Assembly: GCA_947177465.1 (NCBI GenBank)
Contig: CAMWUP010000001.1
Coordinates: 1-42,078 of the forward strand
Length of the DNA stretch: 42,078 nt
From: an uncultured Lachnospiraceae bacterium
Lineage (GTDB): Bacteria > Bacillota > Clostridia > Lachnospirales > Lachnospiraceae
Direction of reading: 5' to 3'
Both the position numbers and the translations under genes were made by a program. Each line of letters starts with the position of its first letter. The first letter of the stretch is position 1. The notes under the pieces were generated by a model that saw only the letters and a list, made by a program, of their open reading frames with translations, was not told the DNA's origin and did no database searches. Positions 20,433 to 29,615 of this stretch are shown here, piece by piece.

Positions 20433-21929
20433 ATGACGAGTCAGACATTGCGGGAAGCAAGAAAACATGAAGAGATGATGGAAGTCCACATTGCCCCTAA
20501 GGACAGACCGGCCTTCCATCTTTCGCCCAGAGTGGGTTGGATGAATGACCCAAATGGATTTTCTTATTATAAAGGAGAGTATCACCTGTTTTATCAGTAT
20601 CACCCTTATGATTCTTTCTGGGGGCCCATGCACTGGGGGCACGCGGTGAGCAAGGACCTTCTGCACTGGGAATATCTGCCGGCAGCTTTGGCACCGGATA
20701 TGCCTTATGATAAGGATGGCTGTTTCTCAGGAAGTGCGGTTACGCTTTCGGATGGCTCCCAGCTGCTGCTTTACACCGGTGTGATGAAAGAACCGCAGGC
20801 GGACGGAAGCTTTCGGGATGTCCAGACACAATGCGTTGCGATAGGCGATGGCAGGGATTATGAAAAAGCTTTGGATAATCCGGTGCTGACGGAAAAGGAC
20901 TTGCCGGAAGGCGGCAGCAGGTATGATTTCCGCGACCCCAAGGTATGGCTGGGAGAAGATGGCGTTTATTATTGCGTGGTTGGCAACTGTACGGAGAATC
21001 ATGACGGACAGATTTTGTTATACAGCAGTGCGGACGGACTTCATTGGAAATATGAAAGTATACTGGCAAAAAATAACGGAAGATTTGGAAGAATGTGGGA
21101 GTGTCCGGATTTCTTTGCATTAGATGGAAAACGGGTTGTTTTGACCAGTCCTCAGGATATGCTGCCGGAAGGCTTTGAATATCATAATGGAAATGGAACG
21201 TTATGCCTGATAGGGGATTTTGACAAGAACAAGAAGACATTTTCGGAGGAATATAATCAGGCGGTGGACTACGGGATTGACTTCTATGCACCGCAGACAA
21301 TACTGGCGCCGGATGGCAGGCGTATTATGATTGGCTGGATGCAGAACTGGGATACCTGCAATATGCGTAATCAGCCAAAAAGCTGGTTTGGGCAGATGTC
21401 TCTTCCCAGAGAATTGTCTATAAAGAACGGAAGACTATACCAGAGTCCAGTCAGGGAACTTGACGAACTCAGGTGCAATAAGGTGGAGCATAAAGATGTT
21501 TTGGTAAATGGTCTTGTCAGACTAAAGGGAGTAGAGGGAAGGCTGGTCGATATGGAGCTTCAGATACGCCCCGTCGATAAGGCGCAGATGTTTCAAAAAT
21601 TTGCCGTGCGCTTTGCGCAGGATGAAATTCATCATACAGCCATCAGCTTCCGCCCTATGGAGTCCATATTAAAAGTGGACCGTAAGTTCTCAGGCTCCAG
21701 AAGAGCGATTATTCATCAGAGACGAAGCATGATAAATCATGAAGAAGGAAAGCTGAAGCTGCGGGTCATCTTAGACCGTCTCAGCGTAGAGGTTTTCGTG
21801 AACGATGGGGAGCAGGTGATGACTGCAACCATTGATACGCCGCAGGATGCCGGAGGGATATCATTTTTTGCTGATGGAAACGTAATGGTTGACGTGGTAA
21901 AATATGATATAAAAGATATTGACAGATAG
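20433..21929 (+). CDS. GH32 beta-fructofuranosidase / sucrose-6-phosphate hydrolase
   Basis: WMNDPNG, WGHAVS, FRDPKV, WECPD, FYAPQT; GGAGG RBS. Confidence 0.95.
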   Translation: MTSQTLREARKHEEMMEVHIAPKDRPAFHLSPRVGWMNDPNGFSYYKGEYHLFYQYHPYDSFWGPMHWGHAVSKDLLHWEYLPAALAPDMPYDKDGCFSGSAVTLSDGSQLLLYTGVMKEPQADGSFRDVQTQCVAIGDGRDYEKALDNPVLTEKDLPEGGSRYDFRDPKVWLGEDGVYYCVVGNCTENHDGQILLYSSADGLHWKYESILAKNNGRFGRMWECPDFFALDGKRVVLTSPQDMLPEGFEYHNGNGTLCLIGDFDKNKKTFSEEYNQAVDYGIDFYAPQTILAPDGRRIMIGWMQNWDTCNMRNQPKSWFGQMSLPRELSIKNGRLYQSPVRELDELRCNKVEHKDVLVNGLVRLKGVEGRLVDMELQIRPVDKAQMFQKFAVRFAQDEIHHTAISFRPMESILKVDRKFSGSRRAIIHQRRSMINHEEGKLKLRVILDRLSVEVFVNDGEQVMTATIDTPQDAGGISFFADGNVMVDVVKYDIKDIDR

Positions 21930-21981
21930 CGATATCATGCGGGAAGTCATATGGCATAATGGATGAACGAAAGGAGCGGGT

Positions 21982-22941
21982 ATGAAAACAGTAGATGTGA
22001 CCGCGTTGGGCGAATTACTGATTGATTTTACGGAAAACGGAGTGAGCGGGCAGGGAAATCCCCTGTTTGAGGCAAACCCGGGAGGAGCGCCCTGCAATGT
22101 GCTGGCGATGTTGTCGCGAATGGGACATAAAACTGCCTTTATTGGAAAGGTTGGCAGGGATTTTTTTGGAGAACAGTTAAAAAATGCCATTGAAGAGCTG
22201 GGAATCAATGCGGATTATCTGCAGATGGATGAGAAGGTGCATACTACATTGGCGTTTGTGCACACTTTTCCGGATGGAGACAGGGATTTTTCTTTTTATC
22301 GGGAGCCGGGCGCGGATATGATGCTGACAGAAGGGGAGGTACCAGAAGAGCTTCTTGCGAATACAAAGATTTTTCATTTTGGAACTCTCTCGATGACCCA
22401 TGAAGGGGTACGCAGGGCGACGAAAAAAGCGGTAGCGCTGGCAAAGCAGTCCGGTGCATTGATTTCCTTTGACCCTAATTTGAGACCGCCTCTCTGGAAA
22501 AATCTGGAGGAAGCCAAAATGCAGGTGCTTTACGGGCTGGAGCATTGCCACATCTTAAAAATTTCCGACAATGAGATTCAGTGGCTGACAGGAAAGGAGG
22601 ATTATACCGCGGGGGTGAACTGGATTTATGACCGGTTTTGCACGCCGTTAGTTTTAGTGTCAATGGGTAAGGAAGGGAGTCGAGCTTATTATCAGGGCAG
22701 AATGGTGGAGGTGAAGCCGTATCTTCGGGAGAATACCATTGAGACTACAGGCGCGGGAGATACTTTCTGCGGGTGTGTTCTGCATTATATTGTGGAACAT
22801 GGACTGCAGGATTTGACGGACAGGGACTTGACGGAAATGCTGGATTTTGCCAACTGCGCAGCTTCCATTATTACCACGAGAAAAGGCGCCCTGCGGGTGA
22901 TGCCTGCCAAAGAAGAAATCGATGGAGCGAGGAAGCGCTGA
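21982..22941 (+). CDS. PfkB-family sugar kinase, probable fructokinase
   Basis: GGAPCNV, FDPNLR, ETTGAGDTF; adjacent to GH32. Confidence 0.9.
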   Translation: MKTVDVTALGELLIDFTENGVSGQGNPLFEANPGGAPCNVLAMLSRMGHKTAFIGKVGRDFFGEQLKNAIEELGINADYLQMDEKVHTTLAFVHTFPDGDRDFSFYREPGADMMLTEGEVPEELLANTKIFHFGTLSMTHEGVRRATKKAVALAKQSGALISFDPNLRPPLWKNLEEAKMQVLYGLEHCHILKISDNEIQWLTGKEDYTAGVNWIYDRFCTPLVLVSMGKEGSRAYYQGRMVEVKPYLRENTIETTGAGDTFCGCVLHYIVEHGLQDLTDRDLTEMLDFANCAASIITTRKGALRVMPAKEEIDGARKR

Positions 22942-22945
22942 GCCG

Positions 22946-23055
22946 TAAGAAAATCCTAAGAAATTCGTAAAAAAATTTCGCTATAAAACCGAGCAATACC
23001 TTAATAAACGACGCTTTTGATTTTGGTACAATAATAGTGCAAAAATCAAAAGCGT
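22946..23055 (+). promoter_or_regulatory. 11-bp-period direct repeats and a long inverted repeat upstream of the CofE-like gene
   Basis: TAAGAAA at 22946 and 22957, TAAAAAA at 22968; ACGCTTTTGATTTT...AAAATCAAAAGCGT at 23011-23055 around TACAAT. Confidence 0.5.
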
Positions 23056-23090
23056 TTTTGTTTTGTCCAAAAACGTACAGAAAGGAAAAT

Positions 23091-23825
23091 ATGTTTATGA
23101 AAGATATTACGGTTTGTATGCCAAACGAGGGAAAGAGCCTTGAGATAGAGACACGGGATTACGGCAGGGTTATAAGGTATCCGGTAAAAACGCATGTTGT
23201 GATGTGCGGGGAAGATATATTTGCGCTGATGGACAGGTATGTGATGGGAAGGGTGAAAAGCGATGACTATGTGTTTATCAGCGAGAAGGTCATTGCGATT
23301 TGCCAGGGGCGGGCATATGACATCGATGAGCTGAAGCCCAGGCGGCTGGCAAAGCTTCTGAGCCGGTTTGTTTATCAGTCGCCTTATGGCATCGGGCTTG
23401 GCTCTCCGTGGACGATGGAGCTTGCGATCAGAGACGTGGGCATTGTCAGAATATTGTTTGCGGCATTTTGTTCCGCCATTACAAAGCCGTTTGGCATGCG
23501 GGGCGTCTTTTACAAAATTGCCGGTATGAAGGCGCGTGCAATCGACGGTCCATGCGACTGCACCATTCCGCCCTACAACCATTTTGCAAAAATGGCGCCT
23601 GCGAAGCCCAATCAGGTTGCCGAATCACTTTCTCAGTATATCGGCTGCGGGGTAGTGATTATCGACGCAAATGACCTCAACGTGGAAGTGCTGGGAAAAA
23701 GCAGCAGGAATATCAGCGACAGCTTTTGCAGGCAGGCGTTTCATGATAATCCGCTTGGGCAGTCGGCGCAGTCAACGCCGATTGCGGTGGTGCGTCGGCT
23801 TGACTGTACTGATACTTTAGAATGA
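23091..23825 (+). CDS. F420-0:gamma-glutamyl ligase (CofE)-like protein
   Basis: PVKTHVV..D....ISEKVIAICQGR, AIDGP, VIIDAND, NPLGQ..Q.TPIAVVR. Confidence 0.75.
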   Translation: MFMKDITVCMPNEGKSLEIETRDYGRVIRYPVKTHVVMCGEDIFALMDRYVMGRVKSDDYVFISEKVIAICQGRAYDIDELKPRRLAKLLSRFVYQSPYGIGLGSPWTMELAIRDVGIVRILFAAFCSAITKPFGMRGVFYKIAGMKARAIDGPCDCTIPPYNHFAKMAPAKPNQVAESLSQYIGCGVVIIDANDLNVEVLGKSSRNISDSFCRQAFHDNPLGQSAQSTPIAVVRRLDCTDTLE

Positions 23826-23859
23826 AAGCCGACAGCTCTGAATTCACTGTCGGCTTTCA
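23823..23859. terminator. Hairpin terminator
   Basis: Perfect 13-bp stem TGAAAGCCGACAG/CTGTCGGCTTTCA. Confidence 0.7.
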
Positions 23860-23870
23860 AAGGGGACCCG

Positions 23871-23997
23871 CTCCTTCATAGCTCTCAGGGGTCCCGGCAT
23901 ACACCAAAAGCGCTTGTAGAATTCTGCGAATCAGTTCATGTGACGCAAAGCATGAGCAAAACAGGATACCCGTCTGACAACGCGCCGATGGGGAGAT
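23871..23997 (+). mobile_element. IS3-family transposase remnant (integrase core fragment)
   Basis: Reads LLHSSQGSRHTPKALVEFCESVHVTQSMSKTGYPSDNAPMG, a degenerate HSDQGSQY...QSMS..G.P.DNA..E. Confidence 0.8.
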
Positions 23998-24063
23998 CTA
24001 TGGTCAAATCGACCAAAATAATCCTAGATAAAACTTCAAAAACTGTTATATTTTTTTGATAAT

Positions 24064-24094
24064 AATTGACAAGCTACTTGTCAATTGATACAAT
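24064..24094 (+). promoter_or_regulatory. Island promoter with overlapping operator palindrome
   Basis: TTGACA(24066)-17-TACAAT(24089); perfect AATTGACAAG-CTA-CTTGTCAATT at 24064-24086. Confidence 0.75.
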
Positions 24095-24110
24095 ACAAGA
24101 TAGATAAAAT

Positions 24111-24168
24111 ACTAAAATAAACTAAAATAAGCGTTATGAAAAATATAGCTTGAAGATATAGCTTGAAG
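24111..24168. repeat. Two short tandem duplications
   Basis: ACTAAAATAA x2 (24111-24130); ATATAGCTTGAAG x2 (24143-24168). Confidence 0.85.
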
Positions 24169-24271
24169 AAGTCTTTCACAAACCAAATTTAGCAGGAAAG
24201 TAGGTTTGAGTAGGCAAACGATATCTTCTATCAAAAGAGGTAGTGTGAATCTGTCGTGGAATAACTACTTA
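24167..24271 (+). pseudogene. Decayed XRE/Cro-C1 HTH regulator
   Basis: Reads RSLSQTKFSRKVGLSRQTISSIKRGSVNLSWNNYL; in-frame TGA immediately upstream, no usable start. Confidence 0.7.
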
Positions 24272-24281
24272 GGAGGACATT

Positions 24282-26933
24282 ATGAAGTACAACGGATTGA
24301 ATGATAGCGAAGTAAAGGCTTCAAGAGAGAAATATGGAATCAATGCGATTCCGGATTCGGAGCCTACTACGTTTTGGGAGGCTTTTAAAGAAACCTTTGA
24401 GGATCCGATGATAAAGATTCTTTTAGTAATTGCAGCGATTATGATAGGAATGTTTTTGATTGGATATGCAGAAATATATGAGCCGGCAGGAACAATAGTT
24501 GCGGTATTGATTGTTGCATTTGTATCTGCAAAAACAAGTGTTGCAAGTGATACAAAGTATCGTGAATTAAAATATAGTAATAAGAAAGATACATGTAAAG
24601 TGTATAGAAACGGATTGGTTACTGTCATCGAGGTTGACGATGTTGTTGTTGGCGACAAGGTGCTGTTGCAATCTGGAGATAAAATACCGGCTGATGGTAT
24701 TTTGGTTGATGGCGACTTGCGTGTGGATAATTCTGCATTGAATGGTGAAGCAGAAGAATGTAAGAAGCATGCAGCAGTTGGCGAAGTAGAATTAGCAGAT
24801 GAAATAACAGGAGACACTTTTGTTGATAAACATTCTTTGTTTAGAGGAGCAGTTGTGTTTGACGGCGAAGGTATCTTGGATGTTAGAAAAGTTGGTTTAA
24901 TGACAATGATGGGAAAAATGGCAGAGGAAATGCAGAATGATGAGCCGGATTCCCCGTTGAAGGTTAAATTAAGTAAATTAGCAGGACAGATTTCGACATT
25001 TGGATATATCGGGGCGGTTGTTATTGCAATTTTGTATATGATATTCTTTGTAGTTAATGCCGGTGGAATATCGGAATATATGGCAACAGGCTGGACAACT
25101 ATTTTAAAAGATTTAGTTGAAGCGGTTTCATTAGCGATTGTAATTATTGTATGTGCAGTTCCGGAAGGATTGCCATTGATGATTTCTCTGGTTCTTATGC
25201 AGAATACAAGCAAGATGTTAGATCATAATGTATTAGTAAGGAAAGCTGAAGGTATAGAAACAGCAGGTTCGCTTAATATATTGTTTAGTGATAAGACCGG
25301 TACAATTACCAAAGGAATGTTAGAGGTGGTTGAATTCTTCACAGCTGAAGGAGATACTGTTCCTTTTTCCCAGTTGAGAGATCATGGAAAAGTAAAAGGA
25401 TTGTTAGATTTAGCAATTGGCAAAAATACAGCTTCAATGTATGACGGAGAACATAAGGTGATTGGCGGTAATGCTACGGATCAGGCATTAATGAAGTTTA
25501 TTGGTGAAGATACATATTCTATGTTGGCATCAAATAAAGATTTGGCAGTTAATATGTCACAAGGATTCAATTCTGCAAATAAGTTTAGCCAGGCTGAAAT
25601 AAAGAGTTTAGGAAAAACATTCTATAAGGGTGCGCCGGAAAAATTTTTGGCTATAGCTAAACGGGCACTTGATAAAGATGGCAATGTGATTGACTTGAAT
25701 TATGATGAATTGAATAACAAGATTAATGAATTGGCTTCAAGAGCAATGCGAGTATTAGCTTTCGGATACTCCGAAAGAGATTTAGTGGAAAATGAAATCA
25801 ATGATGATGTTGTAATCATTGGTTTGGTAGCAATTAGGGATGATGTAAGACCTGAAGCTAAGGATGCAATCAAAGAGGTTCAGGAAGCTGGTATTCAGGT
25901 AGTGATGATTACCGGCGACAGATTGGAAACAGCGATTTCGATTGCAACTGATGCAGGTTTGATTAAGTCAAGCAAGGATAAGGCATTAACGTCGGCTCAG
26001 TTGAATGAAATGAGCGATGATGAAATCAAAGAAATTGTAAGAGATATTAGAGTTATTGCAAGAGCTTTGCCCACAGATAAATCAAGGATGGTAAGAATTT
26101 GTCAGGAAATGAACTTAGTTGTAGGTATGACCGGAGACGGTGTTAATGACTCTCCTGCGTTGAAGAGAGCTGATGTAGGTTTTGCTATGGGTAGTGGAAC
26201 TGAAGCTGCAAAAGAGGCAGGCGAAATTGTTGTTCTTGATGATAATTTCAAATCAATTAAAGATGCAATTTGGTATGGCCGTACGATTTATCACAACATT
26301 TTGAAGTTTTGTAAGTTCCAGCTCGTGATAAATGTGGCGGCGGTAGTGGTAAGTGCAATCGCACCGTTCTTTGGTGTGGAAGAGCCTTTGAAAGTAACGC
26401 ATTTACTTTTTGTAAATCTTGTTATGGATGGCTTGGGAGCTATTATGCTGGGTAATGAACCTGCACTTGAGAAGTATATGAAGGAAGCGCCGAGAAGAAG
26501 GGATGAGAGCATTGTAAGTAAGAAAATGATGGCTCAGATCGTAACAATGGGATTTTGGCTGACAATCTTAAGTTTTGCATTCTTAAAAATGCCATTCTTT
26601 AATAACTTCTTTGATACAGAAGAACAAAAGCTTACTGCTTATTTCGTATTATTCATTGTTAGCGCATTATTTAATGGATTTAATGTTAGGGACGACGGAT
26701 TTGGAATATTTAAGGGATTGAATGAAAATACCGGTTTCTTGAAAGTATTCTTTACAATTATCTTAGTTCAGTCGTTGATAGTAAATGCTGGTTTAGTGCC
26801 TTTTCTTGGTTGGCTCGGTAAGATGTTTGGCTGTGTGCCATTTGGTATTGCAGGCTGGGGCATGGTAGTTCTTCTTGCAGTTACTATGATACCGATAGAT
26901 ATCTTGAGAAAAATGGTAGTAAAAAGCAAATAA
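24282..26933 (+). CDS. Calcium-translocating P-type ATPase (PMCA-like, type II)
   Basis: VPEGLPL, DKTGT, KGAPE, MITGD, TGDGVND, VNLVMD. Confidence 0.93.
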   Translation: MKYNGLNDSEVKASREKYGINAIPDSEPTTFWEAFKETFEDPMIKILLVIAAIMIGMFLIGYAEIYEPAGTIVAVLIVAFVSAKTSVASDTKYRELKYSNKKDTCKVYRNGLVTVIEVDDVVVGDKVLLQSGDKIPADGILVDGDLRVDNSALNGEAEECKKHAAVGEVELADEITGDTFVDKHSLFRGAVVFDGEGILDVRKVGLMTMMGKMAEEMQNDEPDSPLKVKLSKLAGQISTFGYIGAVVIAILYMIFFVVNAGGISEYMATGWTTILKDLVEAVSLAIVIIVCAVPEGLPLMISLVLMQNTSKMLDHNVLVRKAEGIETAGSLNILFSDKTGTITKGMLEVVEFFTAEGDTVPFSQLRDHGKVKGLLDLAIGKNTASMYDGEHKVIGGNATDQALMKFIGEDTYSMLASNKDLAVNMSQGFNSANKFSQAEIKSLGKTFYKGAPEKFLAIAKRALDKDGNVIDLNYDELNNKINELASRAMRVLAFGYSERDLVENEINDDVVIIGLVAIRDDVRPEAKDAIKEVQEAGIQVVMITGDRLETAISIATDAGLIKSSKDKALTSAQLNEMSDDEIKEIVRDIRVIARALPTDKSRMVRICQEMNLVVGMTGDGVNDSPALKRADVGFAMGSGTEAAKEAGEIVVLDDNFKSIKDAIWYGRTIYHNILKFCKFQLVINVAAVVVSAIAPFFGVEEPLKVTHLLFVNLVMDGLGAIMLGNEPALEKYMKEAPRRRDESIVSKKMMAQIVTMGFWLTILSFAFLKMPFFNNFFDTEEQKLTAYFVLFIVSALFNGFNVRDDGFGIFKGLNENTGFLKVFFTIILVQSLIVNAGLVPFLGWLGKMFGCVPFGIAGWGMVVLLAVTMIPIDILRKMVVKSK

Positions 26934-27049
26934 GATACAGATTGAACCGTGTAAGTTCAATTTGAATTACAACAATATGGCAGCGTTAATTGCAAGAGCG
27001 CTGTTAATAACGGATGTATATCATTATTTTACTAAAGGAGGAAGCAGTT

Positions 27050-27670
27050 ATGGGAATTAATCTGCAAAAAGGACAAAAAATTGATTTAACAAAGAATGGT
27101 GGAACCGGATTGAGACAAGTGATGGTAGGTCTTGGCTGGGATGAAGCGCCTCGTTCAGGTGGCGGATTTTTGGGGGGATTGTTTGGTTCGCAGCCACAGC
27201 CTATTGATTGTGATGCATCTGTAATTTTATGTGGAGCTAATGGAAGAATTGTATCAGGTGATGCTTCACAGTGTTGTGTATATTTTGGTAATTTGAGACA
27301 TTCTAGTGGAGCTATTGTGCATCAAGGTGATAACTTGACCGGAGCCGGCGAAGGAGATGATGAGCAGATCATGGTTAATTTGCAGAAAGTCCCATCAAAT
27401 ATAGATAAAATGGTATTTGTTGTTAACATTTACGATGGTCATGCTCGTAACCAGCATTTTGGAATGATTAGAAATGCATTTATCAGATTGGTTGATATGG
27501 ATAGCAGAACAGAGATTTGCAGATTCAATCTTTCTGAGAACTACAATAATATGACTGGTCTTGTTGTAGGCGAGATTTACAGAAAGAATGGAGAATGGAA
27601 ATTTAATGCAGTTGGACAGCCTGTTCAGGAAGCAAGTAGGTTAGAATCATTAATTCAATTATACAGATAG
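27050..27670 (+). CDS. TerD-family protein (TerZ/YceC-like)
   Basis: INLQKGQ, VGLGWD, GDNLTGAGEGDDE, GEWKFNAVG. Confidence 0.93.
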   Translation: MGINLQKGQKIDLTKNGGTGLRQVMVGLGWDEAPRSGGGFLGGLFGSQPQPIDCDASVILCGANGRIVSGDASQCCVYFGNLRHSSGAIVHQGDNLTGAGEGDDEQIMVNLQKVPSNIDKMVFVVNIYDGHARNQHFGMIRNAFIRLVDMDSRTEICRFNLSENYNNMTGLVVGEIYRKNGEWKFNAVGQPVQEASRLESLIQLYR

Positions 27671-27682
27671 GAGGAGTTTATT

Positions 27683-28267
27683 ATGGCAATTAGTTTAACA
27701 AAAGGACAGAGAGTTTCATTAGACAGTTCTATGAAGTTAGCATTGGTAGGTCTCGGCTGGGATACGAACAGATATGACGGTGGACATGATTTCGACCTTG
27801 ATGCATCAGCGTTTTTATTAGGTGAAAACGGAAAACTTATGCGAGATGAAGACTTTGTTTTCTATAATAATCTCAATGGCAGAGATGGTGCAGTTGTTCA
27901 TACTGGTGATAATACAACCGGTGCTGGAGACGGCGATGATGAAGTTATTTATATTGACTTTACCAAAATTCCTAATGATGTAAAGAAAATTGCTATCGTT
28001 GTCACAATACATGATGCAGAGGCTCGCAGACAGAACTTTGGTCAAGTGTCAAATGCTTATATCAGAATTGCTAAGAGATCAGATGAATTTGATGAAGTTG
28101 GTGAACCGGTTCTTAAGTTTGACCTTGAAGAAGAATTCTCTATTGAGACAGCACTTGTTGTTGCTGAAATATATGAGAAGAATGGCGAGTGGAAGTTTAA
28201 TGCTGTGGCTGCTGGATATCAGGGCGGTTTAGAAGCAATTATTCGCTCATTCGGTGGAAACGTATAA
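27683..28267 (+). CDS. terD: TerD-family protein
   Basis: GLGWD, FDLDASAF, FVFYNN, GDNTTGAGDGDDE, QNFGQV. Confidence 0.92.
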   Translation: MAISLTKGQRVSLDSSMKLALVGLGWDTNRYDGGHDFDLDASAFLLGENGKLMRDEDFVFYNNLNGRDGAVVHTGDNTTGAGDGDDEVIYIDFTKIPNDVKKIAIVVTIHDAEARRQNFGQVSNAYIRIAKRSDEFDEVGEPVLKFDLEEEFSIETALVVAEIYEKNGEWKFNAVAAGYQGGLEAIIRSFGGNV

Positions 28268-28297
28268 TTTGTTTTTACTGGAAAAGGGGTGAATTAG

Positions 28298-29596
28298 TTG
28301 AAAGAGTTTTCTAGAGGACAAAGAATTAGAGTGGCTTCCGGTGGGGAACTTGAAGTTCTTCAAAAGCTTGGTGAAGGTGGTCAAGGCGTTGTTTATAAAG
28401 TTACCTATAATGGTAAAGAGTTAGCTCTTAAATGGTACTTTGGTAATAAATTGAATGACGCTGACAGATTCTATCGTAATATTCAAAACAATATCAAGAA
28501 GGGAGCGCCGACAAGTGCATTTCTGTGGCCCTTGGAAATAACAGAGTATTTTGAAGGCAGCTTTGGCTACTTGATGGAACTACGTCCGCCGGAATATAAA
28601 GATTTTTCGTTGTTTTTATTAGCGAGAGCAAGATTTGCCAGTATTTCAGCTGTAGTTAATGCTGCTTTGAGTATCACTAATGGATTTAGAGAATTACATA
28701 ATTCGGGATTTAGCTACCAGGATTTGAATGATGGTAACTTTTTCGTAAATCCAAAAACAGGAGACGTGTTGATTTGTGATAATGATAATGTTGCCGAGTA
28801 TGGTGATGCATTAGGTATAGCAGGAAAATGTAGATACATGGCACCGGAAGTAGTTATGGGAAAAAAGAAACCGGATGTCCACACTGATAGATTTTCGTTG
28901 GCAGTTGTATTGTACTTGCTTCTGTTCTTAAATCATCCATTAGAAGGAAAAAGAACAATGTGTCCGTGTCTGACTGAGGAATTGGAGAGAAAGTTTTATG
29001 GAACAGAGCCAGTATTTGTTTGGGATCCGGCTAATGATACCAATAGACCAGTTCGAGGCGTTCATGTTAATGAAATCAAATTTTGGCCGATATATCCAAA
29101 ATTTGTAAGAGATACGTTTGAAGAAGCGTTCAGTAATGCTGCAATGGTGGGAGCGGATACGCAACATCGAGTAACTGAGAAAAAATGGCAGGAAGTATTT
29201 ACTGCCTTGCGTGATTGTTTAGCTATATGCACCTGTGGCGGAGAAACTTTCATTGATGTGAAAGAATCATCTTGCAAATGTATTAACTGCGGCAAAGAAA
29301 TCCAAAGACCAATGGTAATGAAGGTAAAAAAATATCATGTTGTAATGCAGCCACAGAAGAAGATATATGCGTGTCATGCAGTACATGATAGTGATGAGTT
29401 TAGAGAAGTTAAAGGTGAGGTTATCGCAAGTAGACAAGATCCTTCACTTGTAGGATTGAAGAACAATTCGGATAATAGTTGGACTGCTATTCTTCCGAAT
29501 GGAACGACTAAAACATATACAAATGGTCAGGTAATTAAACTTGGCAGAGGATTGAAGATTAATTTCGGCAATAGTAATGAAGCAGAAATTTATTAA
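28298..29596 (+). CDS. Ser/Thr protein kinase (TerY-P triad type) with C-terminal Zn ribbon
   Basis: GEGGQG, ALK, YQDLNDGN, DNDN, YMAPE, DRFSL; CTC...CINC. Confidence 0.9.
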   Translation: MKEFSRGQRIRVASGGELEVLQKLGEGGQGVVYKVTYNGKELALKWYFGNKLNDADRFYRNIQNNIKKGAPTSAFLWPLEITEYFEGSFGYLMELRPPEYKDFSLFLLARARFASISAVVNAALSITNGFRELHNSGFSYQDLNDGNFFVNPKTGDVLICDNDNVAEYGDALGIAGKCRYMAPEVVMGKKKPDVHTDRFSLAVVLYLLLFLNHPLEGKRTMCPCLTEELERKFYGTEPVFVWDPANDTNRPVRGVHVNEIKFWPIYPKFVRDTFEEAFSNAAMVGADTQHRVTEKKWQEVFTALRDCLAICTCGGETFIDVKESSCKCINCGKEIQRPMVMKVKKYHVVMQPQKKIYACHAVHDSDEFREVKGEVIASRQDPSLVGLKNNSDNSWTAILPNGTTKTYTNGQVIKLGRGLKINFGNSNEAEIY

Positions 29597-29615
29597 AAGA
29601 AAGTGAGGTTTACGG

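Noticed and set aside
24111-24168. Tandem repeats as a CRISPR array or iterons
   Set aside because: Only two copies of each, no spacers, no cas or rep gene
24269-25213. 314-aa antisense ORF, and similar shadow ORFs at 1835-2608, 3800-4504, 9816-10634, 10646-11491 and 19519-20460
   Set aside because: Lie opposite well-supported genes and have no recognisable motifs
27050-28267. Calling the locus a tellurite-resistance operon
   Set aside because: TerB and TerC are absent; TerD presence alone does not support that phenotype
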